The notes under the pieces are model-generated. The model saw only the letters and a list, made by a program, of their open reading frames with translations, searched no databases and was not told where the DNA came from. A DNA stretch of 64,000 bases from an uncultured virus (IMG/VR IMGVR_UViG_3300008266_000310). Its lineage: Duplodnaviria; Heunggongvirae; Uroviricota; Caudoviricetes. The translations under genes were made by a program, and so were the position numbers. Positions within the stretch are counted from its first letter, which is position 1. Each line of letters begins with the position of its first letter. The stretch is from IMG/VR virus record IMGVR_UViG_3300008266_000310, one strand, 5' to 3'. Shown one piece after another: positions 49,118 through 60,198 of this stretch.

Positions 49118-52100
49118 CTATCCAAAAGTTCCTCCGTTTATTGTATTAATAGGCGGATCTGCTTGAGTAGATAGTAGCTGAGATTGTACAGCAGCTTGAA
49201 GAGTGTTTATATTGTTTGTTACTTCGGGGGTAATTGTATCTGGAATTAAAAATCCGTAGGAGGTTTGTCCTGGATTCTTATTAAAAGTTAATATAACGTT
49301 TTGTTCGTCTTTATACCTTCTTAACAGTAAGAAATTAGTAATTAAACTTGGATTTAATCTCCAGTTTTCAATAACCTGCGGTACTGCAGTAATAACTAAT
49401 TTACTTGTCGATGAATTAATACTTCCCTGTAGTACATCTAACTCTTGAGTTAATCCGCTAAAATCAGACATTACTATCTTATCTCCGGCTTGTGGGATAA
49501 ACGTAACGTTTATATCTCCATACTGTGTGTATAGGCTACTTGTATAAATTATAGAAGCAGATATAAAAGCCGGAACAAACTGGTATCCGTAATACTGACT
49601 TAAGTTACTACTAAAAGTGATAGTACTCTCTAGGTCGCTAGTATCTTGTACACTCTCAATATAGTTACCTAAAGAAGATGTTGCGTACGGGTAACCTCCT
49701 TGTCCAATGGAAATAGTTCCTGCGGAGAGAGAATTATTAGTAGTTCCTATAGCAATAGAAGAAGTAAAGTTAGAGGTAGACATTCCGTCTTGTCTAAACT
49801 TGAATACAACTTTATCGCTAGGACCTAGATTAACAGGCGGGGTTGTATAACTTATTACCTGCTGCGAAGAAGATACTCCGCTTGAAAACGTACTACTACC
49901 TCCAGAAGTTGGAAAGTCGTTCAGGACTGTCGGGTATGTTGTATTATAAAAGTTAAAGTTACTTGAAATATCCAAACTACTACCGATTACAAGGTACTCT
50001 TGACGATAACCTCCTCCTTCGTACCACTCAAAGATACTAGAAGAGATCCAGGAAGCAGTAGATCCTATTGTGTTAGAGAATATACCGTTTACGTATAGAT
50101 CAAAAGGACCGCTATTAATTAAATCGGCTCCGGTCTGTGAGGGTAGGCTGTCTGGATTAGCAGGGATACTACTTTCGTAAATAGATCCTGTTGTAATTGA
50201 AGCAGGAGTAAAGCTAGAAGTGTATTGCACTGTCTGCAAGGTTCCTATCAAACTTGTTCCATTTAAATAGGCACCGAAAGAATATGATCCGCTAGATACA
50301 TCGGCGGATGAGGCTAGGCTTTTGAACTGTATATTAACTCCTAAATCTACGGTAAAAGTTTTCTGACCTGCCTGCGAGGCTGTATAGCTTGGGTATACAC
50401 CGGCTGTACCTGGGGAGAATTCTGTACTAGCTGGGTTTTCTGTGTTAAAGATATTAAAAATATCTCCTGACCTTAAAACTGTATTATCTAATACAACCGG
50501 ATAGTCAACTACGTTGGAACCGCTTATTCTTCCGCTACCTATATTATTAAGTCCGGTAAAAGAAACTACTGAAACATCACCTGTATACTCAAAGTATAGT
50601 CTTGTATCTGCTCCTATAAGTCCAGTAGATCCTGTTGAAAAATATAATTGAGGTGTATAATTATACCCACTGTTGTAGATAGACTTTACTCCGTCTGTTC
50701 CTACTTGATTCGAATACTTTTTGTTATCGAACTGTTTAATAGTTCCGACAGTTCCTGCCTTGAAAATATTCTGTACATCAGCCCAGTTTCTATTATTTTG
50801 GTTTAGTTCAAATAAACCTCCAGAGACATCGGCAAAATAAGCTAAAGTAGCATTTACTTTCCCTGGTAGGAAGGAACTAGTAACTACTTGTGTAAATAAG
50901 CCGAGCTTATTTGAGTAATAGTTAATAACTGGTTCCCCTCCGTAAGAAATGTCTCCTGAATACATTATACTTTGAGAAGTGTATTGGTTGTAAACGAGAC
51001 CAGAAAGATACGATCCGCTATACCTTGGTATTATATAAGGACGGGAAATATGGTTAAAATCTTGATACTGTGCGTACTGTGAGTAAGGTTGTTGGCTCTG
51101 ATTTACTGGACCTACAACAAGACTTTGACTTAAAGACTGAGTTATTAGTCCGTAGTTAGTAGGAGCAAGTTGACTATAGTTGTAATCTAAATCTAAGACT
51201 CTTTGAGAAATAACTGATCCTGTAATATTTTGGAATATAGGACTTAATGAATAAGTTAAAAATAAAATATTCTGACCTCCATGCTGTGAAGGAGGTACAG
51301 AAGAAGTCCACGGGAAGTAGTAACTTGAAACATCTGTCTGTGGAAAATAGTTGTTACTAGCATCAATATAACTACCGCTAAACTCTCCTGTATATTTCTG
51401 AACGTTATCAGAAGAACTCATATACACAGTGCCTGGTGATCCAGATAAAGGGAATGAGTAATTACTGTATTGAACAGGTACGGCTTCTACATAACCGGTA
51501 TTTCCTACAACTGCACCTCCGTCGGACCCTGTTACAGTCAGTAAGTAATAATCAGCATCGAAACTACTAGTTGTTCCAGTTGGTTCTTTTCTCGGATACT
51601 TATTCCTTTCAAGCATATGAGACTTAATCACGATACCGGTACTAGGACTTGTCCTAGCTGGTACCCAGTCTTTCAGCATCTTAAATAGAGAGTTATTATA
51701 GTACTTTATAACTCTAATAAAATCCCAAACATTATACCTACTTGTATATTCTGCGTTAAAATAAGTATTAGCAGTATTTACGAGAGGTATGTAAGAGCTT
51801 GAATACTGTAAATTAGGAGCTCCAATAAGCTGCATAATGTTAAAATATCCGGGCTGTGTAGAAGAGGTTACATAACCTGATGAAGTTATACTTGCATTAA
51901 TTGAATCGGCTGGAGAGAATGCTATTTCAACATCTCCAGAAGTTTTCATTAAGGTATAATCGTAATACTGAGAAGTAACATAAGGGTCTAGCAAGCTACT
52001 TGAAAGCTCTAAAACGCTTCCTGTTATGATTCTAGTATTTGATATTTCTTGAATACCCGGAACCTCAAGGTAGTTGTATCCGCCGTATTCATGAACCTGT

Positions 52101-53920
52101 AGTATGTCGTTCGGAATACCGAAAGTGGCTATCAAAGCTCTTATACCTCTTTCTGTCCCTCTTGTCTTAAGTAAGTACGGGAGATTGTGGTAAATACGCT
52201 TATAAATTTCGTCCGTGATTTGAGTACTTGGTAGAGTTTCAAAGCTCGAAGTATACCCCGGAGATCCAGTTATAAACGTAATAACATATCTCTCGATCTT
52301 TTCTTCTTCAAAAGGAGGTAATGAAAGTGATGCTGTCAAATAAGGCTGTCCTGCTAGAGGATAGATACTACTACTAGCATATACAACAGTAGAGTATAAA
52401 CTCGAAGTTACAGGTAGTGAAGAGCCTGTTTGATTTAATCCAAGAAGTGAATAGTATATGTTATCTGTAATACTTGTATTAGTATACAAATTTACTCCGA
52501 AAGATTTTATAGCTTCAGAAACTTGGTCTAAAGAAATACCTACAAACGGATTATTTTCTGCTGAGTATCTATTTGTAACGTCTTTTAAATAAATCCAGAT
52601 ATTGTCAAAATGTTGACCGATCATATCTAGGAATACTAAATACGGGATGTTTTGACTATCGTCTCTTATATACTGCGGAGCTGTATATTGTAGTAGGTTA
52701 GAGTTTAAATCATCGTAAACAGAAGCAGAGTAGTATAAACTTGCTGTTCCCGGTGAAGGAACAATATCTACGCTACCTAACCAGTTAACGGCTTGGGAGG
52801 AGGTTACAGAGTATAGTAAGTAGGGCTGTGAACTATTTCGCTTAGGCCAAGAATAAGATCCAGAATTAAAGTACAAGAAGTACTCATACCCGTCAAACTT
52901 TGTAATCGTATTATCGACTTGTGCTTGTAATAAAATCTTAGCCTGTGTTGTATTAGGTTGTGATAGACCTACAGAAGCAGATTCAATTAATTGAAGCTTG
53001 TATACAAAGTTATACAGTCTCTCTGTTGCTGAAGAGAATTTTACGAAATTTTCAAAATTGTTATAATTAACGTTAATCTGTATTCCCTTCTCATCCATCA
53101 TTGATTTAAGCTGCTGGAAGGAGGAAGTTACAGACGTAGCAAACAGTGAAGTATAATCGTAATACGGAGTTGTTTGGTTAACAGTATCGTTAATATTAAC
53201 TTTAAAATTAGGTCCTTTTATAGGACTGAAATCTTGAGTGATTTCAGGTTCTACATTTATACTTACATTAAACTCTGCTGAATCAGCTACAGCTATCGTA
53301 GTCCAAAAAGTTGACTTTACGTCAAATTCGTCAGGTAAGGGTTCGTAGAGTTTAAATAAGACATAACCGTTTTCTTGCTCTTCTATGTAGAGGGCATTAA
53401 CGGCTATTACCAATCTATCTGTTCCAAAATTTAAATAGAAAGAAGGATAGTAGGCGTCCGCAGATAAAGTAGCATTAAAGAGAGCGAAAGCATTTAATAA
53501 CTGATCGTTAGATAGATCCTGTCTTGCTACTTTCAGTTCTGTTCTAGAAGGAGATATTTCTGTAATCCAAAAATTCTGTTCAGGAGTAGGAGCAGAAAGT
53601 AATAGTTTTCTAAAAAAATTATACTTTACATTTACTATACCTCTATTATAACCTAACCTCTTTACATCTTCTTCTGGATTGACGTATATGGTTGTAGTAG
53701 TTCCTGTAACGGGATCTACATCTCCTATCTCGTAATTAGCATCAAAATAATTACTACTTAAAACTGTACCTGCTTCGTCTTTGACGAAATACTCAATATA
53801 ATCTTCTGCACCGCCAAAATTAGTAGTTATTATCGCTTTACTAATCAAAGCAAGATCAGACGGAGAGTATTCTTGATACTGCCCATCGGATCCTAAATAT
53901 CTTACGTCTACTACTTCCAT
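49118..53920 (-). CDS. Large baseplate wedge-like structural protein (1600 aa)
   Basis: FLDMIGQHFD, HNLPYLLKTRGTERGIRALIATFG (gp7/tail protein I-like segment), LKDWVPAR; downstream of gp6. Confidence 0.6.
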   Translation of the reverse strand: MEVVDVRYLGSDGQYQEYSPSDLALISKAIITTNFGGAEDYIEYFVKDEAGTVLSSNYFDANYEIGDVDPVTGTTTTIYVNPEEDVKRLGYNRGIVNVKYNFFRKLLLSAPTPEQNFWITEISPSRTELKVARQDLSNDQLLNAFALFNATLSADAYYPSFYLNFGTDRLVIAVNALYIEEQENGYVLFKLYEPLPDEFDVKSTFWTTIAVADSAEFNVSINVEPEITQDFSPIKGPNFKVNINDTVNQTTPYYDYTSLFATSVTSSFQQLKSMMDEKGIQINVNYNNFENFVKFSSATERLYNFVYKLQLIESASVGLSQPNTTQAKILLQAQVDNTITKFDGYEYFLYFNSGSYSWPKRNSSQPYLLYSVTSSQAVNWLGSVDIVPSPGTASLYYSASVYDDLNSNLLQYTAPQYIRDDSQNIPYLVFLDMIGQHFDNIWIYLKDVTNRYSAENNPFVGISLDQVSEAIKSFGVNLYTNTSITDNIYYSLLGLNQTGSSLPVTSSLYSTVVYASSSIYPLAGQPYLTASLSLPPFEEEKIERYVITFITGSPGYTSSFETLPSTQITDEIYKRIYHNLPYLLKTRGTERGIRALIATFGIPNDILQVHEYGGYNYLEVPGIQEISNTRIITGSVLELSSSLLDPYVTSQYYDYTLMKTSGDVEIAFSPADSINASITSSGYVTSSTQPGYFNIMQLIGAPNLQYSSSYIPLVNTANTYFNAEYTSRYNVWDFIRVIKYYNNSLFKMLKDWVPARTSPSTGIVIKSHMLERNKYPRKEPTGTTSSFDADYYLLTVTGSDGGAVVGNTGYVEAVPVQYSNYSFPLSGSPGTVYMSSSDNVQKYTGEFSGSYIDASNNYFPQTDVSSYYFPWTSSVPPSQHGGQNILFLTYSLSPIFQNITGSVISQRVLDLDYNYSQLAPTNYGLITQSLSQSLVVGPVNQSQQPYSQYAQYQDFNHISRPYIIPRYSGSYLSGLVYNQYTSQSIMYSGDISYGGEPVINYYSNKLGLFTQVVTSSFLPGKVNATLAYFADVSGGLFELNQNNRNWADVQNIFKAGTVGTIKQFDNKKYSNQVGTDGVKSIYNSGYNYTPQLYFSTGSTGLIGADTRLYFEYTGDVSVVSFTGLNNIGSGRISGSNVVDYPVVLDNTVLRSGDIFNIFNTENPASTEFSPGTAGVYPSYTASQAGQKTFTVDLGVNIQFKSLASSADVSSGSYSFGAYLNGTSLIGTLQTVQYTSSFTPASITTGSIYESSIPANPDSLPSQTGADLINSGPFDLYVNGIFSNTIGSTASWISSSIFEWYEGGGYRQEYLVIGSSLDISSNFNFYNTTYPTVLNDFPTSGGSSTFSSGVSSSQQVISYTTPPVNLGPSDKVVFKFRQDGMSTSNFTSSIAIGTTNNSLSAGTISIGQGGYPYATSSLGNYIESVQDTSDLESTITFSSNLSQYYGYQFVPAFISASIIYTSSLYTQYGDINVTFIPQAGDKIVMSDFSGLTQELDVLQGSINSSTSKLVITAVPQVIENWRLNPSLITNFLLLRRYKDEQNVILTFNKNPGQTSYGFLIPDTITPEVTNNINTLQAAVQSQLLSTQADPPINTINGGTFG

Positions 53921-54267
53921 TACAGTATCTTACTTAAGTTCAAATAATTTTGATTCGCTTCAAGCAATTGCTGTCTCAAAGAATTAATTTCTTCGATATA
54001 AGCCCTTTCGTTATCCGTTATTACACCCCCTCCTAAATATTCCGTACTCCTCTTAACTAAATACTCGTGAGAATTAACTTCTCCCATTGCAGGAATTTCA
54101 AAAAATAACTGGTCGTATAAATCAAAAAATCCTTCTACGGAAATTTGTTCAGATAAAACAGAAGCGGTTACTGGAGTATATAACTCCGTAAAGGAAGTAT
54201 CTACCACTCTAGTATACGTATTACGTCCGTAAACTTCTTTAACAAGATTTACTTCTTGTTTCATCAC
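53920..54267 (-). CDS. Hypothetical protein (baseplate cluster)
   Basis: ORF track; coupled to neighbours. Confidence 0.65.
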   Translation of the reverse strand: MMKQEVNLVKEVYGRNTYTRVVDTSFTELYTPVTASVLSEQISVEGFFDLYDQLFFEIPAMGEVNSHEYLVKRSTEYLGGGVITDNERAYIEEINSLRQQLLEANQNYLNLSKIL

Positions 54268-55523
54268 TCAATTATTTTAAACATCAAATTCTGACCTGTG
54301 TATATAACTTCTTCTGCCGGTAAAAGAGCGAGGCTTCCTGAACCATACAGCGATAATGCATTGTAAATTGACTGCTCGTTATCGTAGACCGACAAAGGTC
54401 CGTAAGTGGTTGAATAAATGTTCGTCTTTATTAATATACGGTAAAATCTATTAACTTCCAAACCAGCCGTATATAAAGTAAAATAATTACTTACACTATC
54501 GGCACTTATCTTTGTAAACGAAGTATCGAAGTCTACTACCATTTCTTCTGTCTTTACATCCTGTAATGCCCAGTATGAGTTTTCAGGTAGGTATAAAGAA
54601 GTCAAATAGGTAGATTGTGTAGAAAAAGTTCTAGGAGGGTATGTATACCTTACTCCTGTTCTCATCTTATAGACCTGATTCTGTTTAAACTGTCCTTGAT
54701 TATTTTGTAGGACAATAGTAATTTGATCGTTAAGTACGTAGTTGGTACCCTGTGGGTAGTAATAGGAGTCGTCCCACATAAACTGAATAGTCGGTGGGTA
54801 TATTGTGTGAGTGTCAACAGAAAAGAATTTAAGATCTATAAAAGAACTTGTATTCTGCTCTATGTAACTCGGATGTTTAACTACAACTCCATAATTGTTT
54901 ATACCTCCGGGACTAGATCCAGAGAACCAACCGTTAACTATGTCTGAGATATCCATGTTGATATCTTTATTAGACATATAATCGAAGAACTGACTCCCTG
55001 AATAGTTTGTAAGAAACTTACTGCCGGTTATACTCCAAGCAGGTGATGCTTGATAAGGACCTGTATACTCCCAGCTTACTCCGTTTCTAGATTCAGGCTC
55101 TTGTGCAAACTGCCCTGTACCCATCGTCCAGGATTGCGATACTGCGTAAGCCTCTAAAGAATAGGTTGTGTTTAAGTTTTGTGCAGTTGCTAAAAACATT
55201 TTTAAATTCGCTTGCCAAGATCCGCTTATGGACTGTGAGGCAAAAGTTTTTAACTTAGCGATTTCAGCTGGAGCAAACTGCAGAAGCGCTCTCCTAATAT
55301 CAGTTACTGGAAAATAAGCATCAGTTGTAGAGTAGTCGCTATTAGCAGCTAAATCGTACGTATAGTACGGATTATCAGTTATAGAGGTTCTATTTAAAAA
55401 CCTAACTCCGTCCTGTGAATTTTTTGCAGAAACTTCTAGAATAGGATCCCTGCCGGTATTCTTAGAAGGATACCTTGAATAGATAGTAGCGTCTGCGGAT
55501 GAAAATATTTGATATACTGCCAT
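54264..55523 (-). CDS. Virion structural protein (baseplate cluster)
   Basis: DATIYS...NTGRDPILE, RALLQF, W.MGTG, KFFSVDTHTIYPP. Confidence 0.65.
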   Translation of the reverse strand: MAVYQIFSSADATIYSRYPSKNTGRDPILEVSAKNSQDGVRFLNRTSITDNPYYTYDLAANSDYSTTDAYFPVTDIRRALLQFAPAEIAKLKTFASQSISGSWQANLKMFLATAQNLNTTYSLEAYAVSQSWTMGTGQFAQEPESRNGVSWEYTGPYQASPAWSITGSKFLTNYSGSQFFDYMSNKDINMDISDIVNGWFSGSSPGGINNYGVVVKHPSYIEQNTSSFIDLKFFSVDTHTIYPPTIQFMWDDSYYYPQGTNYVLNDQITIVLQNNQGQFKQNQVYKMRTGVRYTYPPRTFSTQSTYLTSLYLPENSYWALQDVKTEEMVVDFDTSFTKISADSVSNYFTLYTAGLEVNRFYRILIKTNIYSTTYGPLSVYDNEQSIYNALSLYGSGSLALLPAEEVIYTGQNLMFKIIE

Positions 55524-55527
55524 GTTA

Positions 55528-57387
55528 TTACATTGTGACTACACGTCCTTTAATATCAACATCTGGATATTTAACTTCAAAGATACTCGGATCTAGAGAA
55601 GGGTATATAACTCCGTTTAATGTTGCTCCTGGTATATCATAACTGTATTGCGAATAACCTTGCCCAGTACCTGCAATATTATTAATCTGTACTTTTTGTA
55701 CAGTTTGCACTCCGGCTATTTGATCTAATAAAGTATAAATTTCTGATAGAATTATCGGTTCGTTTATTTGCCAATTCTCTCTATTGAAGTAAGCTTTTAA
55801 AGCTATTAAACAATTAGCAATAACATCTCTAGATGTGTAATTAGGTCTTACTATAATATCAAAATTAACCTGAATGTTTATTATGTAAGCAGGTTTTAAA
55901 ATAATAGTATCGGTGAGCATTCTATACTCCCCTAAATAAGTTTGAATATTTTTAAGCAAAGCAGGTCCTGGATCTGTGAACTGTCCTGAGGTGTTGTAGC
56001 TTAGTAGGTAAATTGATGTAGCTAAAGGATCTCTCTCTCCTGGTTCACCGACAAAATACTGAGCAAAAGTTGCTGTATCTTTAGTTACGTAAGCCTTAGC
56101 TACTTGTCCAAACTTAGGAGGCATTCCTAAAACCATTCCGAGATAGTCTTGCTGGGTTACAGCTCTCATTTGAGATGGATACATTGCTAGGGTATTCAGC
56201 TTTAAACTCTCCGGAGTATCGCCATCCCCTCCGCCTACGGCTCTAGTAGTATTATTTGTAGCTACAGAATTCTGTATAGTCGTAGCGATTGCAGGATTTA
56301 CAGTACTTGTAAAGTTAGAGCTAATAGAAGCAATGTAGGTTAATTCATTAATTTGGGCATTAGCTGCTGCTCCTCCTCCTACTAAATATGTTATAGTTAG
56401 GGTAGTATTTACCGGAGCTAAGCCGTAAGAATCGTTGGTTACAAAGTTTGTTGGATCGAAAGCTGTATTAAGTAGGTCAATACCATTTACAGTACCTATA
56501 CCTACATTAAACGGATCTGGGATTGAACCTGATACGGCAGTTATACCTGCTCCGAATTCAAGTTCTAATAGAGCGTTGGTCTTAAATCTAGATACGAATC
56601 TTCTCGGTACGTCTATTTTTCTTAGTATGTACGGGACTTGATTAGCTTCTTGATACAGTTGAGGGTAGTTAGTAGAAGTGTTTTGAACAGGATTTAATAT
56701 GTAATCTTGAGCTAAGTAAGGTACTTCGTACCACTTATTACCATTACTATCTGCCACACTTAAAATCTCGATAATATTCGCATCTTCGATAGTTCTAATC
56801 GGAAATCTTTCTGCTGCACCAAAAGTCAATGTAGTTGTCTTAACTTGACCGGAAATAGCAGTAGTAGTTTTCTTAAGTAGATACGTGTTTGGATTACCTC
56901 CTACAGTAGTATAAACAGATACGTCTGTTGTGTCTATTGAAGAAGATAAATTAAAGTCTACCTTGTTTGGACAATAGAAGAAATTAGAATTATTAATATT
57001 AGATCTAACTTGCATTCCTTCATCTATAGTCAAAGCGTAGTTAAAGTCAGGCAGGTAACTAGCACCGGAGGCCGGTAGCTGCTGATAGATGTCTAGATTT
57101 ACAATAGCGGCAGAAGTTACCTTTGGACGATAACCTAACATGTAGGCTAGTGCATAGAGGTTATTAGTCTGCTTTGCATACTCTAGAAACGTTTCTTGAA
57201 CTTGGTTATCCAGATAAAAAGAAAGTACATCTCCTACATAAGAGGCCATGTCGATGAACATGGTACCAGGAGAAGAGGTTGAAAAGTCATTATAAGAATT
57301 AGGGTAATACGCTTTTGCATACTCTATCAACGCTTCTTTGAAGCTATTAAAGTCCTTATTTAAGTACCGTATATCTTTGTTAGCCAT
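55528..57387 (-). CDS. gp6: Baseplate wedge subunit (T4 gp6-like)
   Basis: DFNSFKEALIEYAK.YYP..YNDF...SPG.MFIDM.SYVGDVLSFY, LGYRPK, A.GG.D.D, QMRAVTQQDY. Confidence 0.88.
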   Translation of the reverse strand: MANKDIRYLNKDFNSFKEALIEYAKAYYPNSYNDFSTSSPGTMFIDMASYVGDVLSFYLDNQVQETFLEYAKQTNNLYALAYMLGYRPKVTSAAIVNLDIYQQLPASGASYLPDFNYALTIDEGMQVRSNINNSNFFYCPNKVDFNLSSSIDTTDVSVYTTVGGNPNTYLLKKTTTAISGQVKTTTLTFGAAERFPIRTIEDANIIEILSVADSNGNKWYEVPYLAQDYILNPVQNTSTNYPQLYQEANQVPYILRKIDVPRRFVSRFKTNALLELEFGAGITAVSGSIPDPFNVGIGTVNGIDLLNTAFDPTNFVTNDSYGLAPVNTTLTITYLVGGGAAANAQINELTYIASISSNFTSTVNPAIATTIQNSVATNNTTRAVGGGDGDTPESLKLNTLAMYPSQMRAVTQQDYLGMVLGMPPKFGQVAKAYVTKDTATFAQYFVGEPGERDPLATSIYLLSYNTSGQFTDPGPALLKNIQTYLGEYRMLTDTIILKPAYIINIQVNFDIIVRPNYTSRDVIANCLIALKAYFNRENWQINEPIILSEIYTLLDQIAGVQTVQKVQINNIAGTGQGYSQYSYDIPGATLNGVIYPSLDPSIFEVKYPDVDIKGRVVTM

Positions 57388-57790
57388 TTAAATTTAATAT
57401 TACATTATCTGACTCGCCTGTATTAGCTATAGTATACGAAAACTGAATTGTTAATAAATTCTTATCCGGTTCTGCTCCTATAACGAGATTTGTAATTACT
57501 ACGTTTGGAAAGTACTGCTCTACTCCCGATCTGATCTGAGTATCTAGAACATCGAAAGTATCGGCTGTAATTTGCTCAAATAACTGCCTTCTAATATCTG
57601 CTCCAAAATTCACATTAAAAATTCTCTCTCTCTTATCTGTTAGTAGAAAATTAATTAGGTTATATTTAAGTTGTTCCTTTGTTGTATAAACTGTTTGAAA
57701 TACCGCCGGAGTATTAAAAGGTAAAGCCACTCCAATACCTGTAGAGGCTCTTAAATCTAATACATTGATATTTCTTAAGTTATATGCCAT
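57380..57790 (-). CDS. gp25: Baseplate wedge protein (gp25/GPW family)
   Basis: NLINFLLTDKRERIFNVNFGADIRRQLFE...YFPNV.I. Confidence 0.85.
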   Translation of the reverse strand: MAYNLRNINVLDLRASTGIGVALPFNTPAVFQTVYTTKEQLKYNLINFLLTDKRERIFNVNFGADIRRQLFEQITADTFDVLDTQIRSGVEQYFPNVVITNLVIGAEPDKNLLTIQFSYTIANTGESDNVILNLNG

Positions 57791-58209
57791 TAGAGTATAC
57801 CCATTTTATTCATTGCAGCAGAAAAATCAGGAACTGCATTAATCTCAATTGCTTCTAGATTAGAACTTTTTCTAGCGCTAGTAAACATCTGACCTACAGA
57901 TTCTACGATTGGAGCTTCCCTGTCGATTGTTTGTCCGCCAAACACTCCAAACTCTTCCGGAGACATAGCTTGAGCAGTTTCAGCAAGCAAGCTACTAAGT
58001 GGATTGTTTGGTCCTAAAGTAGGTGCTATAGGCCTAGGGGTTTCCCTGTTTAGAGTACCGGGAATAGATTTAGCTTTAGGAGTCTCAGTAATTGTATGCT
58101 GTCCCCTATTTGCTATAATAGCTTCTTTTAAAATTCCGGCAAGTTCCTCTTGGAATACTCCTCGAACTTCTTCGCGAATAATTTTTCTAAGTGCATCTAA
58201 TTTTCCCAT
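57790..58209 (-). CDS. Hypothetical protein with LRKIIREEV leader
   Basis: ORF track. Confidence 0.65.
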   Translation of the reverse strand: MGKLDALRKIIREEVRGVFQEELAGILKEAIIANRGQHTITETPKAKSIPGTLNRETPRPIAPTLGPNNPLSSLLAETAQAMSPEEFGVFGGQTIDREAPIVESVGQMFTSARKSSNLEAIEINAVPDFSAAMNKMGIL

Positions 58210-58213
58210 ATGT

Positions 58214-58221
58214 TATAAATA
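58214..58221 (-). promoter_or_regulatory. Putative late promoter motif TATTTATA
   Basis: Plus strand tataaata 4 nt upstream of ATG 58209. Confidence 0.55.
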
Positions 58222-58227
58222 TATTTA

Positions 58228-60198
58228 TTATCTGTTTCTACGACCTGTTCTTGGAGGTACTACTGCCTGTTGTTGAGGAGTTTCACCGCCTGTTCCTACA
58301 GAAGTCGCAGTATTTTCTGCAAAACTTATAGACGAAGCAGCTATCTCTCCCTCTGCTGCTACTTGAGATTTTAATTTATCTGATGCAGCATTCAAAGCTG
58401 CACGAGTTCTCTTTCTCAAGCTTCTTCCGCCCGGCAATTTATTAAGAAAAGCATTAAGTCCAGTACCTTTACTTTCATCTTCGTTATCAGGGCTATCTAG
58501 ATTTTCAACGGTTTGTAAATTTAAATTATCTTGAAGTACGTCATTACTATCTAAATAGTCTAAAGATACACTAATAACAGCTAAATCAGACCCGTTTAGT
58601 ATTGATAATGAAGGCTGTACAAGCCCTGCTGATATTAGTTTAATTTTAACTTCTTCAATAATTACGGCAGTATTTGTGGCAAAAGTAAGATCAGATTGAG
58701 TAACAATAAATCCGTTCTTATCCAAAGCTATACCCCTCCTTCTCTTATTCGTAACTGTCCTCTCTACAACCTCCTCGTCTACTACCTTAATTTCATACTG
58801 TCCGAAAAGAGCAGTGTTTGGATTAGTTTTAGAATCGTACTGGGTTATGTAAGCTGCAAGGTCGTTTCGAAGATTCTCTAAACTATCTGCTGCATCTCTC
58901 AACTCTGCTAGTACTTCTGAATCTTTCATAGCATCACAACCTTCTAGAGCAGCTAAAAGTTCTCGGAGTCTAATTAAAATTTCATTAGCATTTACAAGTA
59001 AATATCTAACAAAAATAAGTACAACGGAAAGTAGAGCATTTATCTCTTTCAGCAACCTAATAAGTCCACTCGTAGTATCTTCAGCGGCACCACGAGCTTT
59101 ATCGAAAGCAGCCTGTATCCCCACTGTAGTAAATATATTTCCTAGAGGTAAGGCTAGAATGAAGGCTTGTACGAATTTAAAGACTTTGATAACTAATAAA
59201 GCTACTTTAATTATAAACTGAGCTTGTTTGATTATACCCTGTAGTCTTGTAGCTATCCTAATAAAAGATTGAACGGCTCCTACAATTTGTCTTAGAGTTG
59301 GAATAATCTTAGTAGGGTTTACATACTTACTTAGCTCTTGAATTTGAGCTCTTATATCAATATTAAGGAAGTTACCTACAATTGCTGCTGCAGACTTTAT
59401 GTTTAAAGCTTCGACAGCTACACAAATAGATCTAAGCTGTGAGATTTTATTCTGCAGTTTTAATAAATCTGCATTAGTAATAGTTCTGTAATCTGTATAC
59501 TTTCCTGTAAAGCCTAGAAAATCGTCGATAAAGTTAACATTTCCTGCCAGACCTGGTACCAGATTTAGTATCTGTTTTTCTTCTGGAGTAAATAAACCTG
59601 CAGTAGCTGTTTGAGTTTCTCTTTGAAAGATATCTTGAATAGCTAAAATTAGATTATAAGTATTCAACCTTGCAGCGGAAGTACCTGAGATGTCTGTAGA
59701 GTTCAGAGGAGTTCCAAATGTATTAACTGCTTCTTGATTTGTTATAGCTTTTAAGTCTGTCCCTAAGTAAGAAGAGACTAATGTATTAGGGAATGCAGTA
59801 TACTTATCAATCAACACCCTTACGGTAAAGCACTGATCTTGTAAAAAATAGAAAGCTTCTTGCTCCGGTCCCCATGTCTCGCGTGAAGGTCTAGGAAGTT
59901 TTTTTAAGTTTACAGTATCGAGAGTGTATGTAATAATGTTACAAAGATCTACAGAGTTGAGGGCATCGAGAGCATTATAAAGTCCTGAATTGAGTAAAGA
60001 ACCTTGCTTTACGGTTGAGGGCTGTGTTGGCTGGGCTGTATATTGTAGACTACCGCTAACAGGGTCGTACTTAGCAGAAAAAGCAGGCTGTGTATTAGCA
60101 TTCCCCCACAAGATTTTATTTACACCAATCTGCAGGTCTGCAACTCCTTTAGCTGCTCCAGTAATTAGTTTTTCTAATGATATTCCAATGCTTGCCAT
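58228..60198 (-). CDS. Large helical protein with a hydrophobic central region
   Basis: ORF track; amphipathic/hydrophobic stretch FIIKVALLVIKVFKFVQAFILALPLG; between hub and gp25 genes. Confidence 0.6.
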   Translation of the reverse strand: MASIGISLEKLITGAAKGVADLQIGVNKILWGNANTQPAFSAKYDPVSGSLQYTAQPTQPSTVKQGSLLNSGLYNALDALNSVDLCNIITYTLDTVNLKKLPRPSRETWGPEQEAFYFLQDQCFTVRVLIDKYTAFPNTLVSSYLGTDLKAITNQEAVNTFGTPLNSTDISGTSAARLNTYNLILAIQDIFQRETQTATAGLFTPEEKQILNLVPGLAGNVNFIDDFLGFTGKYTDYRTITNADLLKLQNKISQLRSICVAVEALNIKSAAAIVGNFLNIDIRAQIQELSKYVNPTKIIPTLRQIVGAVQSFIRIATRLQGIIKQAQFIIKVALLVIKVFKFVQAFILALPLGNIFTTVGIQAAFDKARGAAEDTTSGLIRLLKEINALLSVVLIFVRYLLVNANEILIRLRELLAALEGCDAMKDSEVLAELRDAADSLENLRNDLAAYITQYDSKTNPNTALFGQYEIKVVDEEVVERTVTNKRRRGIALDKNGFIVTQSDLTFATNTAVIIEEVKIKLISAGLVQPSLSILNGSDLAVISVSLDYLDSNDVLQDNLNLQTVENLDSPDNEDESKGTGLNAFLNKLPGGRSLRKRTRAALNAASDKLKSQVAAEGEIAASSISFAENTATSVGTGGETPQQQAVVPPRTGRRNR

